Translations under genes and position numbers: made by a program
Assembly (NCBI GenBank): GCA_040954595.2
Contig: CM082598.2
Span: forward strand, 8,509,097-8,573,096
Reading direction: 5' to 3'
From: Balanoglossus misakiensis
Taxonomy: Eukaryota > Animalia > Hemichordata
DNA: 64,000 bases
The notes under the pieces: generated by a model
What the model was told of the DNA's origin: nothing
Databases searched by the model: none
What the model saw: the letters and a program-made list of their open reading frames with translations, nothing else
Part shown: piece after piece, positions 52,418-64,000 of the stretch
Layout of the letters: every line of letters begins with the position of its first letter
How positions within the stretch are numbered: position 1 is the first letter of the stretch

Positions 52418-52763
52418 AGGGCCAAAGTATCTCTCTCACTGCCCATTTTCCATTAATTATATTTGATACAAGACACCGTTTATATTATTCTGCATGTGTA
52501 TATATAGTTAATCAACGTTCAACCACACACAACATCCACCCAACTTGTAGACACAAGAGTGAAAAACTCGCCAAAATGAATAATGGGTGTTTACCATTTA
52601 TTCATTTAGGCGGGGTTTTATTCTCATATCCTCCAAACGGGATGGAAGTTGTGTGTCGTTGAATGTCGATTCTTTATATATTAACATGTAGAATAACATA
52701 AACGGTGACTTGTATCAAACATAATTAAGGAAAAAAGGCCTATGAGAAAGAGACTTTGTCACT
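52418..52763. mobile_element. Foldback MITE with TTAA flanks (Kolobok-like)
   Basis: Imperfect palindrome over its whole length (TTTGATACAAGACACCGTTTAT / ATAAACGGTGACTTGTATCAAA; centre ~52590), bounded by TTAA|AG ... CT|TTAA. Confidence 0.75.
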
Positions 52764-53083
52764 TTAAGGGAAGACACGACAAGACTATGAAATAACTATT
52801 CCTTGACGAGGTAAGTTACATAGCTTTTGAAAATTTTGCATTCTCTGCATAGTGTCAGTCGATCAATTTTTAAATGTAGATAACTGGGAAAACTTTCGTG
52901 AAGAAGGCGTTAAAGGCAAGGCATTAAACATATATTGAATGTGCATTCAAGAGAAAAATATGTTTCGACACAATAAGCTGAAGTTCCCTTAAGTGCGTCC
53001 AGCAAATGTTTTATAAATAATGTCTGCTGGTTATGACTCAAACACTTTGATGATTAATACCACTTTTGTTTATCCATTTACCG

Positions 53084-56000
53084 GAAGCAACAATTTAATA
53101 TTCATTCATTCCTTTTCATTTTATGACAATCATAAATACATAAATAGTAAAACCACGCATTTCTTACTGTAACTGGGGAAAACTGGGGAAAATTCATCGC
53201 GAGATGCAAAGCCCGAATCATCAAATTAAACATTAAACATTTTGAATGCGACTTCTTTCCACATGGACAAATGTAAGTCCTATTCATCATATTTAGTTTC
53301 CAATGAATTTTACTTGTTCCAGCATGCACCCTCGTAAACTTTTCGTTGAGTCCTTCGGCAGGTGAAATGTGCATGTCATGTCTTCCAATTGTTGGTGGGG
53401 TACATTCGTGTTGAGTTTGAACAGAATGTTGGGTGATGATGGTTATACAAGAGAGTCGGGAACGCATGTAGAGTAGATTTAAACGCCGATGACTTAATTC
53501 AGAAAGGCCGGTCGTGGACATACAGTATAAGCCTGCAGTCCCCTATCCAACACCAAATTGATGCCATGACATGTACACGGACAAATACTTTCTCATTGTT
53601 ATCCCGAGGAAAGTGTTGGGGTTGGGGCGATTGACGGAACAACGTTCCGGTTGGTTGGTCCAAACAACCGCAGGCAGTGGCTGCTAACACATGAATAAGG
53701 AAACACGAAGTAGCATCTCCATTTAGCCCCTGATCGCTCTCTGCAGTGGTTACAATTCTTTGCAAAACACTCATTATTTGTCAAGTAGTTCTTGTATGAA
53801 ATTTTCGCAGATTAGCCGCCAACTCGCAATCATGGCTTGCCGGAGAAGCCGTAAAATGTTACGAGATTGTCGTGAAATACCTCTGAAGTTAACGCTCGTC
53901 GCTTCATTCGTGATGTTGTCGATGACATTACTGCAACAAGCAGGTAAGACACTAATTTTGGGTTTTGCAAGTTCGGAAAGATTGAAGTTCCTCAAAGTTA
54001 GAGAGGTTCGGTTACACGAGGCAACTCGGTATAGGCAACTCGGTGGGCAACTCGACGCGCAACGCGCGAGTCACGACGCTACATCGAACAGTTACACGGG
54101 GCGACTCGATTGGCAACTAGTTGCGCGTAAACAGCGGCTGCCTATGTGCAGCCGCCTAAGTAGCCGATGAAAAAATCGATCTTTATCCGATCAATGCAAA
54201 AATATTTTGTGGTTATTCTGGCAACAGCATGCATATATTTTACTTGTCAATAAGCTGATCAACCTGGACATCTGACCAATTATTTTTTTCTTGAAAAAAA
54301 ACCAACAAAAACAGTTTGCGATTTTCAACTGCATACAATACTTTCTCCATGTATTACTATTTACATAATAAACTAACTAGTATCCTCATCAATAAAAACA
54401 TGGTTTTTTCACAGTTAGCAGGTGATATGCAAGTTTATATCAGTAAAGAAAAAATACTAGCTTGGGTGCTTAATTTAATTGATGAATACGGAATTTTTAA
54501 TCGCGATACCAAATTGGACAAAATGTAAACGTTACTAATTATTGTTTTTTTTTAAAGGACTTACTTAAGTTTAATTACAAAAAATTGACTTATTTTATTT
54601 AAAATGTACTTGAAACCAGGCCAGGTATATATATTTTTTTATAAAAGATCAACCGGCGAGTTTAAATCCTTGTAAGACAGAGGAGTAGATTATGGGGAAA
54701 TTAAAAAAGTTGCGCAATTTAACATTAAGATCATTGAATTATTTAACTGTGCATCATACAAATGTGTGAAAAATGTGGAGCCAAAAGTCGTGCCAATCTG
54801 TAAAAACGTTAAAAATAATAAACAAAATCCATGTTTCGAAATACAGTGGAAGTAATAACAAAGCAAGGGGGACTTTTCATTGTAAAAATAACGAAGTATA
54901 TTTTTTAAAGAAAAAATATATTGACTGAAAGATTTGTTTGTACGTAAAATTATACAAATAGAACTATATATTTATAAGTTGATATGACCGGGCGAAATAG
55001 ACACGTGTTTTGCCCCAAAAGATATATGATGTACACTGGTTGTGTAAGAACTCTTGAACTGTGGGCGATAATCATAAGCTGGCGTTTTCTTATTCTGAAA
55101 TTTGGTTACGATATATCTGGTTACGGTACCCCAACAATCGGAAACGCAATCAATGTCGAGTCAATCACCATAACCATTTTCGCGGAACTAAATAGTAGTT
55201 TATTTTCATATCATCACTGGCAAGATAATTAGTAGAAAGTTTCTTTAAAAAACCTTGAGTTTATATCTATTGGAAATATTTAAACTATAAACACATACAA
55301 ATATCCGATTTCATAGCAAATACGTATTCCCCAATATTTTCAGAAGTCTACAGGTCTACAGTCTGTAGTTCGTGGTTCGTAAAATAACAAATAAACACCA
55401 TTTTCTCATGTGCAGATGTCAAAAATTTATTCGAGGCAAAGTGGTAACGCGGGGCAAATGCTTGCGCGTCAGGCAACTCGTCGCCCGAAAATCCGACATG
55501 ACGGACTTCGAGGCGATGTCGCCAGACGCGTTCCAGCGACGCGACTACATCATACACACGAGGCAACTCACCGAGCAACTCGGGTTGCGCATCGAAGCAA
55601 CAATTTAATATTCATTCATTCCTTTTCATTTTATGACAATCATAAATACATAAATAGTAAAACCACGCATTTCTTACTGTAACTGGGGAAAACTGGGGAA
55701 AATTCATCGCGAGATGCAAAGCCCGAATCATCAAATTAAACATTAAACATTTTGAATGCGACTTCTTTCCACATGGACAAATGTAAGTCCTATTTATCAT
55801 ATTTAGTTTCCAATGAATTTTAATTGTTCCAGCATGCACCCTCGTAAACTTTTCGTTGAGTCCTTCGGCAGGTGAAATGTGCATGTCATGTCTTCCAATT
55901 GATGGTGGGGTACATTCGTGTTGAGTTTGAACAGAATGCTGGGTGATGATGGTTATATAAGAGAGTCGGGAACGCATGTAGAGTAGATTTAAACGCCGAT

Positions 56001-59000
56001 GACTTAATTCAGAAAGGCCAGTCGTGGACATACAGTATAAGCCTGCAGTCCCCTATCCAACACCAAATTGATGCCATGACATGTACACGGACAAATACTT
56101 TCTCATTGTTATCCCGAGGAAAGTGTTGGGGTTGGGGCGATTGACGGAACAACGTTCCGGTTGGTTGGTCCAAACAACCGCAGGCAGTGGCTGCTAACAC
56201 ATGAATAAGGAAACACTACGTAGCATCTCCATTTAGCCGCTGATCGCTCTCTGCAGTGGTGACAATTCTTTGCAAAACACTCATTATTTGTCAAGTAGTT
56301 CTTGTATGAAATTTTCGCAGATTAGCCGCCAACTCGCAATCATGGCTTGCCGGAGAAGCCGTAAAATGTTACGAGATTGTCGTGAAATACCTCTGAAGTT
56401 AACGCTCGTCGCTTCATTCGTGATGTTGTCGATGACATTACTGCAACAAGCAGGTAAGACACTAATTTTGGGTTTTGCAAGTTCGGAAAGATTGAAGTTC
56501 CTCAAAGTTAGAGAGGTTCGGTTACACGAGGCAACTCGGTATAGGCAACTCGGTGGGCAACTCGACGCGCAACGCGCGAGTCACGACGCTACGTCGAACA
56601 CATTACGTTTCCACTCCATTAAAAACTAGAGGCAGCCAACCCCCCCCCCCTTTTTTTTATCTCAGGTAATGTACACACAAGGTAGCTAAGTCCCCCATAA
56701 ACCTGACTTCCTATCATGTGTTTGCTGATAAAATACCAAATTTAAAGCAAGATTACTTTCAGCATGGGACTACTTTTGATGCCAGATTACTACGCTCACA
56801 TATGTGGTATCCTACGGCATGTATTTGGGTATAAGTAGCATAACCACGAATTCGTCAACAAATTATTATTATCACAAACAGTTGTATAGTGTATAATATT
56901 AGTTTTTTACAAGTAGTTTAAGCATCTACTATTTTATTTCAAACCAAAATAATCCTGCCCATGAATACTCTGTAAAGGTAATCAGTCTGAGCAGGGGACT
57001 TACTACAACGTAATCTGTGATTGTTTTGTTTACACAGGCACTGATAAGGTAACCCCCTCAGACCCGAGTTAGGCCTGCTAACTCGGGTTTTAGTTTTAAT
57101 GGAGTGGTAACGTAATGAGTTACACGGGGCGACTCGACTGGCAACTAGTTGCGCGTAAACAGCGGCTGCCTATGTGCAGCCGCCTAAGTAGCCGATGAAA
57201 AAATCGATCTTTATCCGATCAATGCAAAAATATTTGGTAGTTATTATGGCAACAGCATGCATATATTTTACTTGTCAATAAGCTGATCAACCTGGACATC
57301 TGACCAATTATTTTTTTCTTGAAAAAACCCCAACAAAAAACAGTTTGCGATTTTCAACTGCATACAATACTTTCTCAATGTATTACTATTTACATAATAA
57401 ACTAACTAGTATCCTCATCAATAAAAACATGTTTTTTTCACAGTTAGCAGGTGATATGCAAGTTTATATCAGTAAAGAAAAAATACTAGCTTGGGTGCTT
57501 AATTTAATTGATGAATACGGAATTTTTAATCGCGATACCAAATTGGACAAAATGTAAACGTTACTAATTATTGGTTTTTTTTTAAAGGACTTACTTAAGT
57601 TTAATTACAAAAAAATTGACTTATTTTATTTAAAATGTACTTGAAACCAGGCCAGGTATATATATTTTTTTTATAAAAGATCAACCGGCGAGTTTAAATC
57701 CTTGTAAGACAGAGGAGTAGATTATGGGGAAATTAAAAAAGTGGCGCAATTTAACATTAAGATCATTGAATTATTTAACTGTGCATCATACAAATGTGTG
57801 AAAAATGTGGAGCCAAAAGTCGTGCCAATCTGTAAAAACGTTAAAAATAATAAACAAAATCCATGTTTCGAAATACAGTGGAAGTAATAACAAAGCAAGG
57901 GGGAATTTTCATTGTAAAAATAACGAAGTATATTTTTTAAAGAAAAAATATATTGACTGAAAGATTTGTTTGTACGTAAAATTATACAAATAGAACTATA
58001 TATTTATAAGTTGATATGACCGGGCGAAATAGACACGTGTTTTGCCCCAAAAGATATATGATGTACACTGGTTGTGTAAGAACTCTTGAACTGTGGGCGA
58101 TAATCATAAGCTGGCGTTTTCTTATTCTGAAATTTGGTTACGATATATCTGGTTACGGTACCCCAACAATCGGAAACGCAATCAATGTCGAGTCAATCAC
58201 CATAACCATTTTCGCGGAACTAAATAGTAGTTTATTTTCATATCATCACTGGCAAGATAATTAGTAGAAAGTTTCTTTAAAAAACCTTGAGTTTATATCT
58301 ATTGGAAATATTTAAACTATAAACACATACAAATATCCGATTTCATAGCAAATACGTATTCCCCAATATTTTCAGAAGTCTACAGGTCTACAGTCTGTAG
58401 TTCGTGGTTCGTAAAATAACAAATAAACACCATTTTCTCATGTGCAGATGTCAAAAATTTATTCGAGGCAAAGTGGTAACGCGGGGCAAATGCTTGCGCG
58501 TCAGGCAACTCGTCGCCCGAAAATCCGACATGACGGACTTCGAGGCGATGTCGCCAGACGCGTTCCAGCGACGCGACTACATCATACACACGAGGCAACT
58601 CACCGAGCAACTCGGGTTGCGCATCGAAGCAACAATTTAATATTCATTCATTCCTTTTCATTTTATGACAATCATAAATACATAAATAGTAAAACCACGC
58701 ATTTCTTACTGTAACTGGTGAAAACTGGGGAAAATTCATCGCGAGATGCAAAGCCCGAATCATCAAATTAAACATTAAACATTTTGAATGCGACTTCTTT
58801 CCACATGGACAAATGTAAGTCCTATTTATCATATTTAGTTTCCAATGAATTTTAATTGTTCCAGCATGCACCCTCGTAAACTTTTCGTTGAGTCCTTCGG
58901 CAGGTGAAATGTGCATGTCATGTCTTCCAATTGATGGTGGGGTACATTCGTGTTGAGTTTGAACAGAATGCTGGGTGGTGATGGTTATATAAGAGAGTCG

Positions 59001-59250
59001 GGAACGCATGTAGAGTAGATTTAAACGCCGATGACTTAATTCAGAAAGGCCAGTCGTGGACATACAGTATAAGCCTGCAGTCCCCTATCCAACACCAAAT
59101 TGATGCCATGACATGTACACGGACAAATACTTTCTCATTGTTATCCCGAGGAAAGTGTTGGGGTTGGGGCCATTGACGGAACAACGTTCCGGTTGGTTGG
59201 TCCAAACAACCGCAGGCAGTGGCTGCTAACACATGAATAAGGAAACACGA
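53084..59250. repeat. Recent tandem duplication of a ~2.51-kb unit (starts 53084, 55594, 58626; about 2.25 copies)
   Basis: Near-identical sequence and identical ORF sets at offsets 2510 and 3032 (the latter includes a 517-bp insertion). Confidence 0.95.
56601..57117. mobile_element. MITE present in only one copy of the tandem unit
   Basis: TIRs CATTACGTTTCCACTCCATTAAAAACTA / TAGTTTTAATGGAGTGGTAACGTAATG. Empty site CGAACAGTTACAC at ~54085-54097. Confidence 0.9.
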
Positions 59251-59333
59251 CGTCAATCGATAATCCGAGTGATAATCCGAATAATCCGAATAATTCGAAT
59301 AATCCGAATCCGATAATTCGGGCGATAATCCGA

Positions 59334-59773
59334 ATTATTATACATCTAGTGCCGAGAACAATAGATTTTGGCGTGCAATAAAAAGCCGTACGGAACGGTA
59401 CGTACGGAACGCGCGTTAAATAAGTTTTAGGTTTCAAGGCGCCCCAATTCACCGTGTACAGGTATGCGTTGTTATGCGGACAGTTTCAAGGCGCCCCAAC
59501 TCCAACGCACGTGCGCACACGTAAACAAAAACAAAGATGGCTGCTCACTGAGTCAACTGAGCGGTTTTCGATCGATTGTATCGGCATTTTGGGCGTTTTG
59601 AAAGCCAAGTAACATGCAACACAAGAACTAACGGAGATGTAAGATGTATAATAATAAGGTTATTACGAAAATACCGCAAAGTATGCACGAGGACATTACC
59701 GCACCGCATCTGTCTGATACTGAGCGCTAATGTCCTCGTGCATACTTTGCGGTATTTTCGTAATAACCTCATA
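59334..59773 (+). mobile_element. 440-bp non-coding element with IR...IR+terminal hairpin architecture
   Basis: ATTATTATACATCT (59334-59347) / AGATGTATAATAAT (59642-59655), then a perfect 41-bp stem (59658-59698 / 59728-59768). Empty-site-like paralog TCCGA|TTATCTCAATTTTTGGCG at ~60305-60327. Confidence 0.82.
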
Positions 59774-60540
59774 TTATCTCAATTTTTGGCGATCGATCTA
59801 TAAAATAAAATTGTGGAGTAAGTAGGCAACCATGGTGATGCTTCCGGTGGAACGCCATTGACGAATGAGTTACCTTCCCTCAAATCGAACGCCACTTCAG
59901 TGCTCTGATTGGTTGAGCGAAACGGATTTGGAGAGCGGTTTGACCGCGTCTCTGAAAAGCCAAAGGTCATTGATGGCGCCCTCTTGAGAGGCTAGCCGAA
60001 CCTCTCTTATCATTGCCTTTCCAGAGGGCGCCGTCAATGACCTTTGGCTTTTCAGAGACGCGGTGCAAGACGTCTCTCCAAATCCGTTTGAGCTCGTGCT
60101 CTGATTGGCTAGTACCATGCAAGATGTTGCTTCATATGATTGGCTAATATGCCAGACAGAAGTTCCATCGCGTGCATGGATCGCGTGCACGTTCGATCAG
60201 TAAGCGTAACGTCCTTGTCACGTGACGTGGCATACGTGTAGAACAGACGTTCAGAACAACAAACGACACTTGTACTCGTAAATTATGATTACGTGTAAAA
60301 TAATTCCGATTATCTCAATTTTTGGCGATCGATCTATAAAAATGAAATCGTGAAGTAAGTAGGCAACCATGGTGATACTTCCGGTGGACGCCATTGACGA
60401 ATCAGTTACCTTCCCCTAAATCGAACGCCACTTCAGCGCTCTCATTGGTTGAACGAAACGGATTTGGAGAGACCTCTTGACCGCGTCTCTGAAAAGCCAA
60501 AGGTCATTGAGGGCGCCCTCTTGAGAGGCAACTCTTATCA
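59774..60540. repeat. Direct repeat (59774-59992 vs 60310-60529) overlapping a ~170-bp foldback (59920-60089)
   Basis: CCGCGTCTCTGAAAAGCCAAAGGTCATTGA at ~59944 and ~60481; its reverse complement at ~60034-60063. Confidence 0.85.
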
Positions 60541-61700
60541 TACTTTCTATTGTTCTGAAATACCGCGTTCGCGTCTCGAACTATTTTTGAGAACGCGCTG
60601 AAATCATCACACAGCGTTGACTCAGTGATCGGCGCGACAGTTCGCTGTGCGCGCGAGCGAGCGACATAGCGGAGAGGGGTGTTGTAAAGTTCGGTTATTA
60701 GAAGCTGTAATAAAGTTTTCAAAGCTGGCAGTTTTGTCATGTTGAATGTATTATTTTTACTTCTTCGGAATTCTCAATGCGAAATAATTGTTAACATGAT
60801 ATTTTGAAACAGAACGTAGACAATTTTATTTAGAATGTGGATGTGCCCATCGTAATGATAGCTGCCAACCCCCTTAGAATAATACTACGGCCTACACGTT
60901 CATCACCTGATTGCCTCACCCTGTCTCACTTGGCTATTCTGCCAGGATCCCAGGGCGCCCGGTTGAAATTTCTGGCCGTTAAATTATTTTTCTCGGTGCA
61001 ATTTCGCAAATAGTACAATGTACTGTTTTATAGGTAGGCATGTATGATAAAGGGGTTATTACAAACAGTATAGAAAACATTTTCCTAATTTCCGAAAAGA
61101 AGCCATTTTTAAAACGTCATTCAAGGGGATTGTGCCTGGAAATTTCCAAGCACTGGCAGGTCGGTGGCTGGAAATATTCAGACACTTGGGGAATGTAAGG
61201 GCCTGGAAATGTCCACGCATTGACAAATCATGTTTCGGATTGTGGCCTTTAGGAAAATGATCTGTTTATGAACTTCGCCTGTGTTTATATCGCCAACCCG
61301 ACGGATGAGTTTGGTCATTTTGCTGTTCTTCTCTTTCTCTCCATGCCCGACATCCTGGTCTCACCAACAAATGTACGGCGTACACTTGGGAATACGTTCG
61401 GTATGAAGAGAGAGACGGGATGGCCAACACTTCTTTGTATAGGTGGTTTGAACTATGACATTTCGTAACACAGCATAATTCAAGAACAATAGTATTTGGT
61501 AGTTGTGAAGTTGTGACTTTGTATATTGTGTAGAAAGAACAATTATGTCAGATAAACAATACCAATTCCCAATAAACAACTAGTGTATGGGCTTAACTCA
61601 GAGGAGTTGGTAGGCGAAGCCTGTCATGAACATCACGTGGTTCCCAGATATGGGCATTGTTGATATGACGCCATTGTTCCAGTTCCATTGTTGACGCTAA

Positions 61701-63069
61701 GGCTCCATAGACAAAACTGGTGCGTCTGCGGTCCAGATCCTTAGGGACCGTTCAGTTTTTACGGCAGGGGGGGGGGGGCGGCAAGTTTGTGTCATCGGTT
61801 TTCAAAATCAGGCCGACCCCCCTTCACCCAGCACCCAAAAATGATGACCCCCCCCTTTGACAGACCCAAAAATATGATGACCCCCCCCCCCACGCCGAAA
61901 ACATTTGCTGTCCTGATCCTATGTACACTGTATGCAATAAAGGGAATGAGGCTCCTCACACCTTAATTATAAATTTCTTAAAGTATTGTTGAAGTATATA
62001 ATAGTATATCGTTGCAACAAAGAAATCTATGAAAAAATTAAAAGTGACAAGTCAATACAATAGTTGCTAGAATTGGTAAAACAAGAAAAGTGGCGAGGGT
62101 GGGCGTGGGAGGGGGTCTCCCCCTACCACATAAGAAAATTGTGTAAAATAGGTAGCGCAAAGTTGCATTTTAATGAACTCAAAAGCAAATTATCTCAATG
62201 TTTGGGAGGACCAATTTTACTTTTGCCACTCCACTCAAAGTTAGAAGATTTGGCGTCATCCACGTCATGACATCATTTATAAAACTTCTAGTATATAGGA
62301 GATGCAGCGCGAAACTATCAGTTATGCGAAATGGTTTAAACGATTATTCTCCCTTATGTATTTACTTTGTTAAATAATATCATCGGTAGCGTTGGGGTGA
62401 CAAGCACTCTGCCCTGGTACTCTAGACAAACCAGCAAAAAACGAAATGTGCCGGAGAATGAAGGGGGTGGGTGTGGGTATGAGAAAATTTTGTAAAATAA
62501 AGGGTGCGAAACTGCAATTTTGTGGACTCAAAAGCAAAAGTTCAGTGGCAAAAGTATGTGACCCCCCCTTTAAACGTTTAAAAAAAACAGATGACCCCCC
62601 CCCCCCCCTTTAGGACTTCAAAATTTAAGTGACCCCCCCCCCCCGTGGATTTTGCCGCCCCCCCCCCCCGGCCGTAAAAACTGAACGGTCCCTTACTTGA
62701 TCTTTTCGACCGAAATTCGATTTTATCGGGAGAATATCCTATCCCTGTCTACTGACTGGTTATAACCGACTCCGTAAATGACGCGATTGACTTCTTCTAA
62801 CGTCCGAACCGCTTGCTTTCGGAAACTTTTGTGTTTACCCATGGAGATAAGCTCGCTGTATTCAATATGGTGATCTCAACAGATAAACACAAGAGAAAAC
62901 CAGAAAGCGAGCGGCTCGGAAGATAATTGAATTGCATCATATTTGGAGTAATTTAGGAGGTAGAAGGAGACGGGGAAAAGATTTCCCCGATAAAATCGAA
63001 TTTCGGCCGAAAAGCTGCGGTCCTGATCCGGATCCGGATCACAGCTGTACCCGTTTTGTCTATGGAGCC
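61701..63069. mobile_element. Outer MITE with long imperfect TIRs, interrupted by a nested MITE
   Basis: GGCTCCATAGACAAAAC / GTTTTGTCTATGGAGCC. The left TIR continues after the nested element (CTTTTCGACCGAAATTCGATTTTATCGGG vs CCCGATAAAATCGAATTTCGGCCGAAAAG). TSD unclear. Confidence 0.8.
61744..62692. mobile_element. Nested PIF/Harbinger-type MITE (TTA TSD)
   Basis: TTA|GGGACCGTTCAGTTTTTACGGC ... GCCGTAAAAACTGAACGGTCCC|TTA. Confidence 0.92.
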
Positions 63070-64000
63070 TTGCAGGGCTGTGGAAGCCATGTATTAAACG
63101 CAGGGACCACGCAGATCTGTACGCAGGGCTACCTCGACCCAAGTAGTTTAGTTGCTAAATATGGATTTGTGAATGAGCAATGCTTATTTCCTTAAATTCT
63201 TACGAAATCCAACAGTTATGTGTGATACAGACATTAATCTAACAAATCTTATAATAAATCTCGGGTTTCAGATTTACTTGTTAATGCAATTACTTTTTCT
63301 GAGAAAATTTTACAAATAGAAATATTACTGATGATAAACATGGAGACAAAATTTCATTAGAAAAAAATCAAAAGCACTGTCATGTATGTGCCTTTGAAGG
63401 AGACTCAATTTTTTCACAGATATATTTTAATTTGAGTTTAAAACCAAAATATGACAAAATGCATGTTTTCTGCTGTACATCTGCAGGAAAGAGACTAAGA
63501 ATACCTTTATGTATTTTTTTCATTAGAAATTTGTAAAGAATAGGGAATATTTTCATAATTTTCTAATTTTTTCATCAATAATTATGTAAAAAGGAGGTTT
63601 TTCGGAAATTGGAAAATGTTTTTCGTACTGTTTACACGAATCTTGGTCGACAACGCCACGCATTCTCGTTGCTTCGCAACTCGTCAAAATACGGACCTCA
63701 CTCGAATACGACGCGTTATCCACCAAAATTCGTCTAATAATTGTTTCATGTATGATTGTAATGAGAATAACGATTTGACCTCCAGATTGCAAGAGCGTTT
63801 ACGGGTGGATGGATCACAGTAGAGCTTACACCTTTTGTGAGCGATTAGGTCTTCGCCTTGTTAAAGATGACAGCGTAAGAAAACACACAGCTATAACAAA
63901 AACTTTAAGAGAACGAAGCCTAGCACTTTCGTGGTTCTGGATAGATGGACACGTAACCGACGACGGAAACAACGTCACGACAAGAGACGGGGAAATTTTA

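Noticed and set aside
53102-53995. Repeated 139/91/73-aa ORFs in the tandem unit
   Set aside because: Their conservation only reflects the recent duplication. There is at most a faint resemblance to a decayed LINE C-terminus.
61612-61622. Second AGGCGAAGCCT mini-hairpin
   Set aside because: No extended stem in the flanks, so probably chance.
63553-63860. Cys-containing short frames near the right edge
   Set aside because: Interrupted and not assignable to any family from the sequence alone.

Overview
Eukaryotic, AT-rich, repeat-dominated genomic DNA with spliceosomal introns. A marine invertebrate such as a hemichordate or echinoderm is plausible, but that is inference only. 1-14.4 kb is a ~206-bp satellite array with higher-order repeats and two insertions. 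The first is an apparently intact Crypton-type (DUF3504-like) tyrosine-recombinase element with unusual asymmetric ends: a 129-nt terminal hairpin carrying three tandem G.A mismatches and a GAA loop, plus a 44-bp inverted repeat. The second is a 5'-truncated LINE. 14.4-22.2 kb holds two disrupted minus-strand transposon-type genes: SAP-SWIM-YqaJ exonuclease and an HMGXB3/KDZ-transposase-like gene. 24.9-31.9 kb holds 13 exons of an LRP-like receptor (YWTD/EGF/2x sushi/EGF/TM/Tyr-motif tail). The remainder contains a Penelope-like relic, two LINE relics, a class A GPCR pseudogene, a ~2.5-kb tandem duplication, several MITEs (one nested), and a 440-bp non-coding element with the same IR...IR-hairpin end architecture as the Crypton. 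Coordinates were read by eye and may be off by a few bases.
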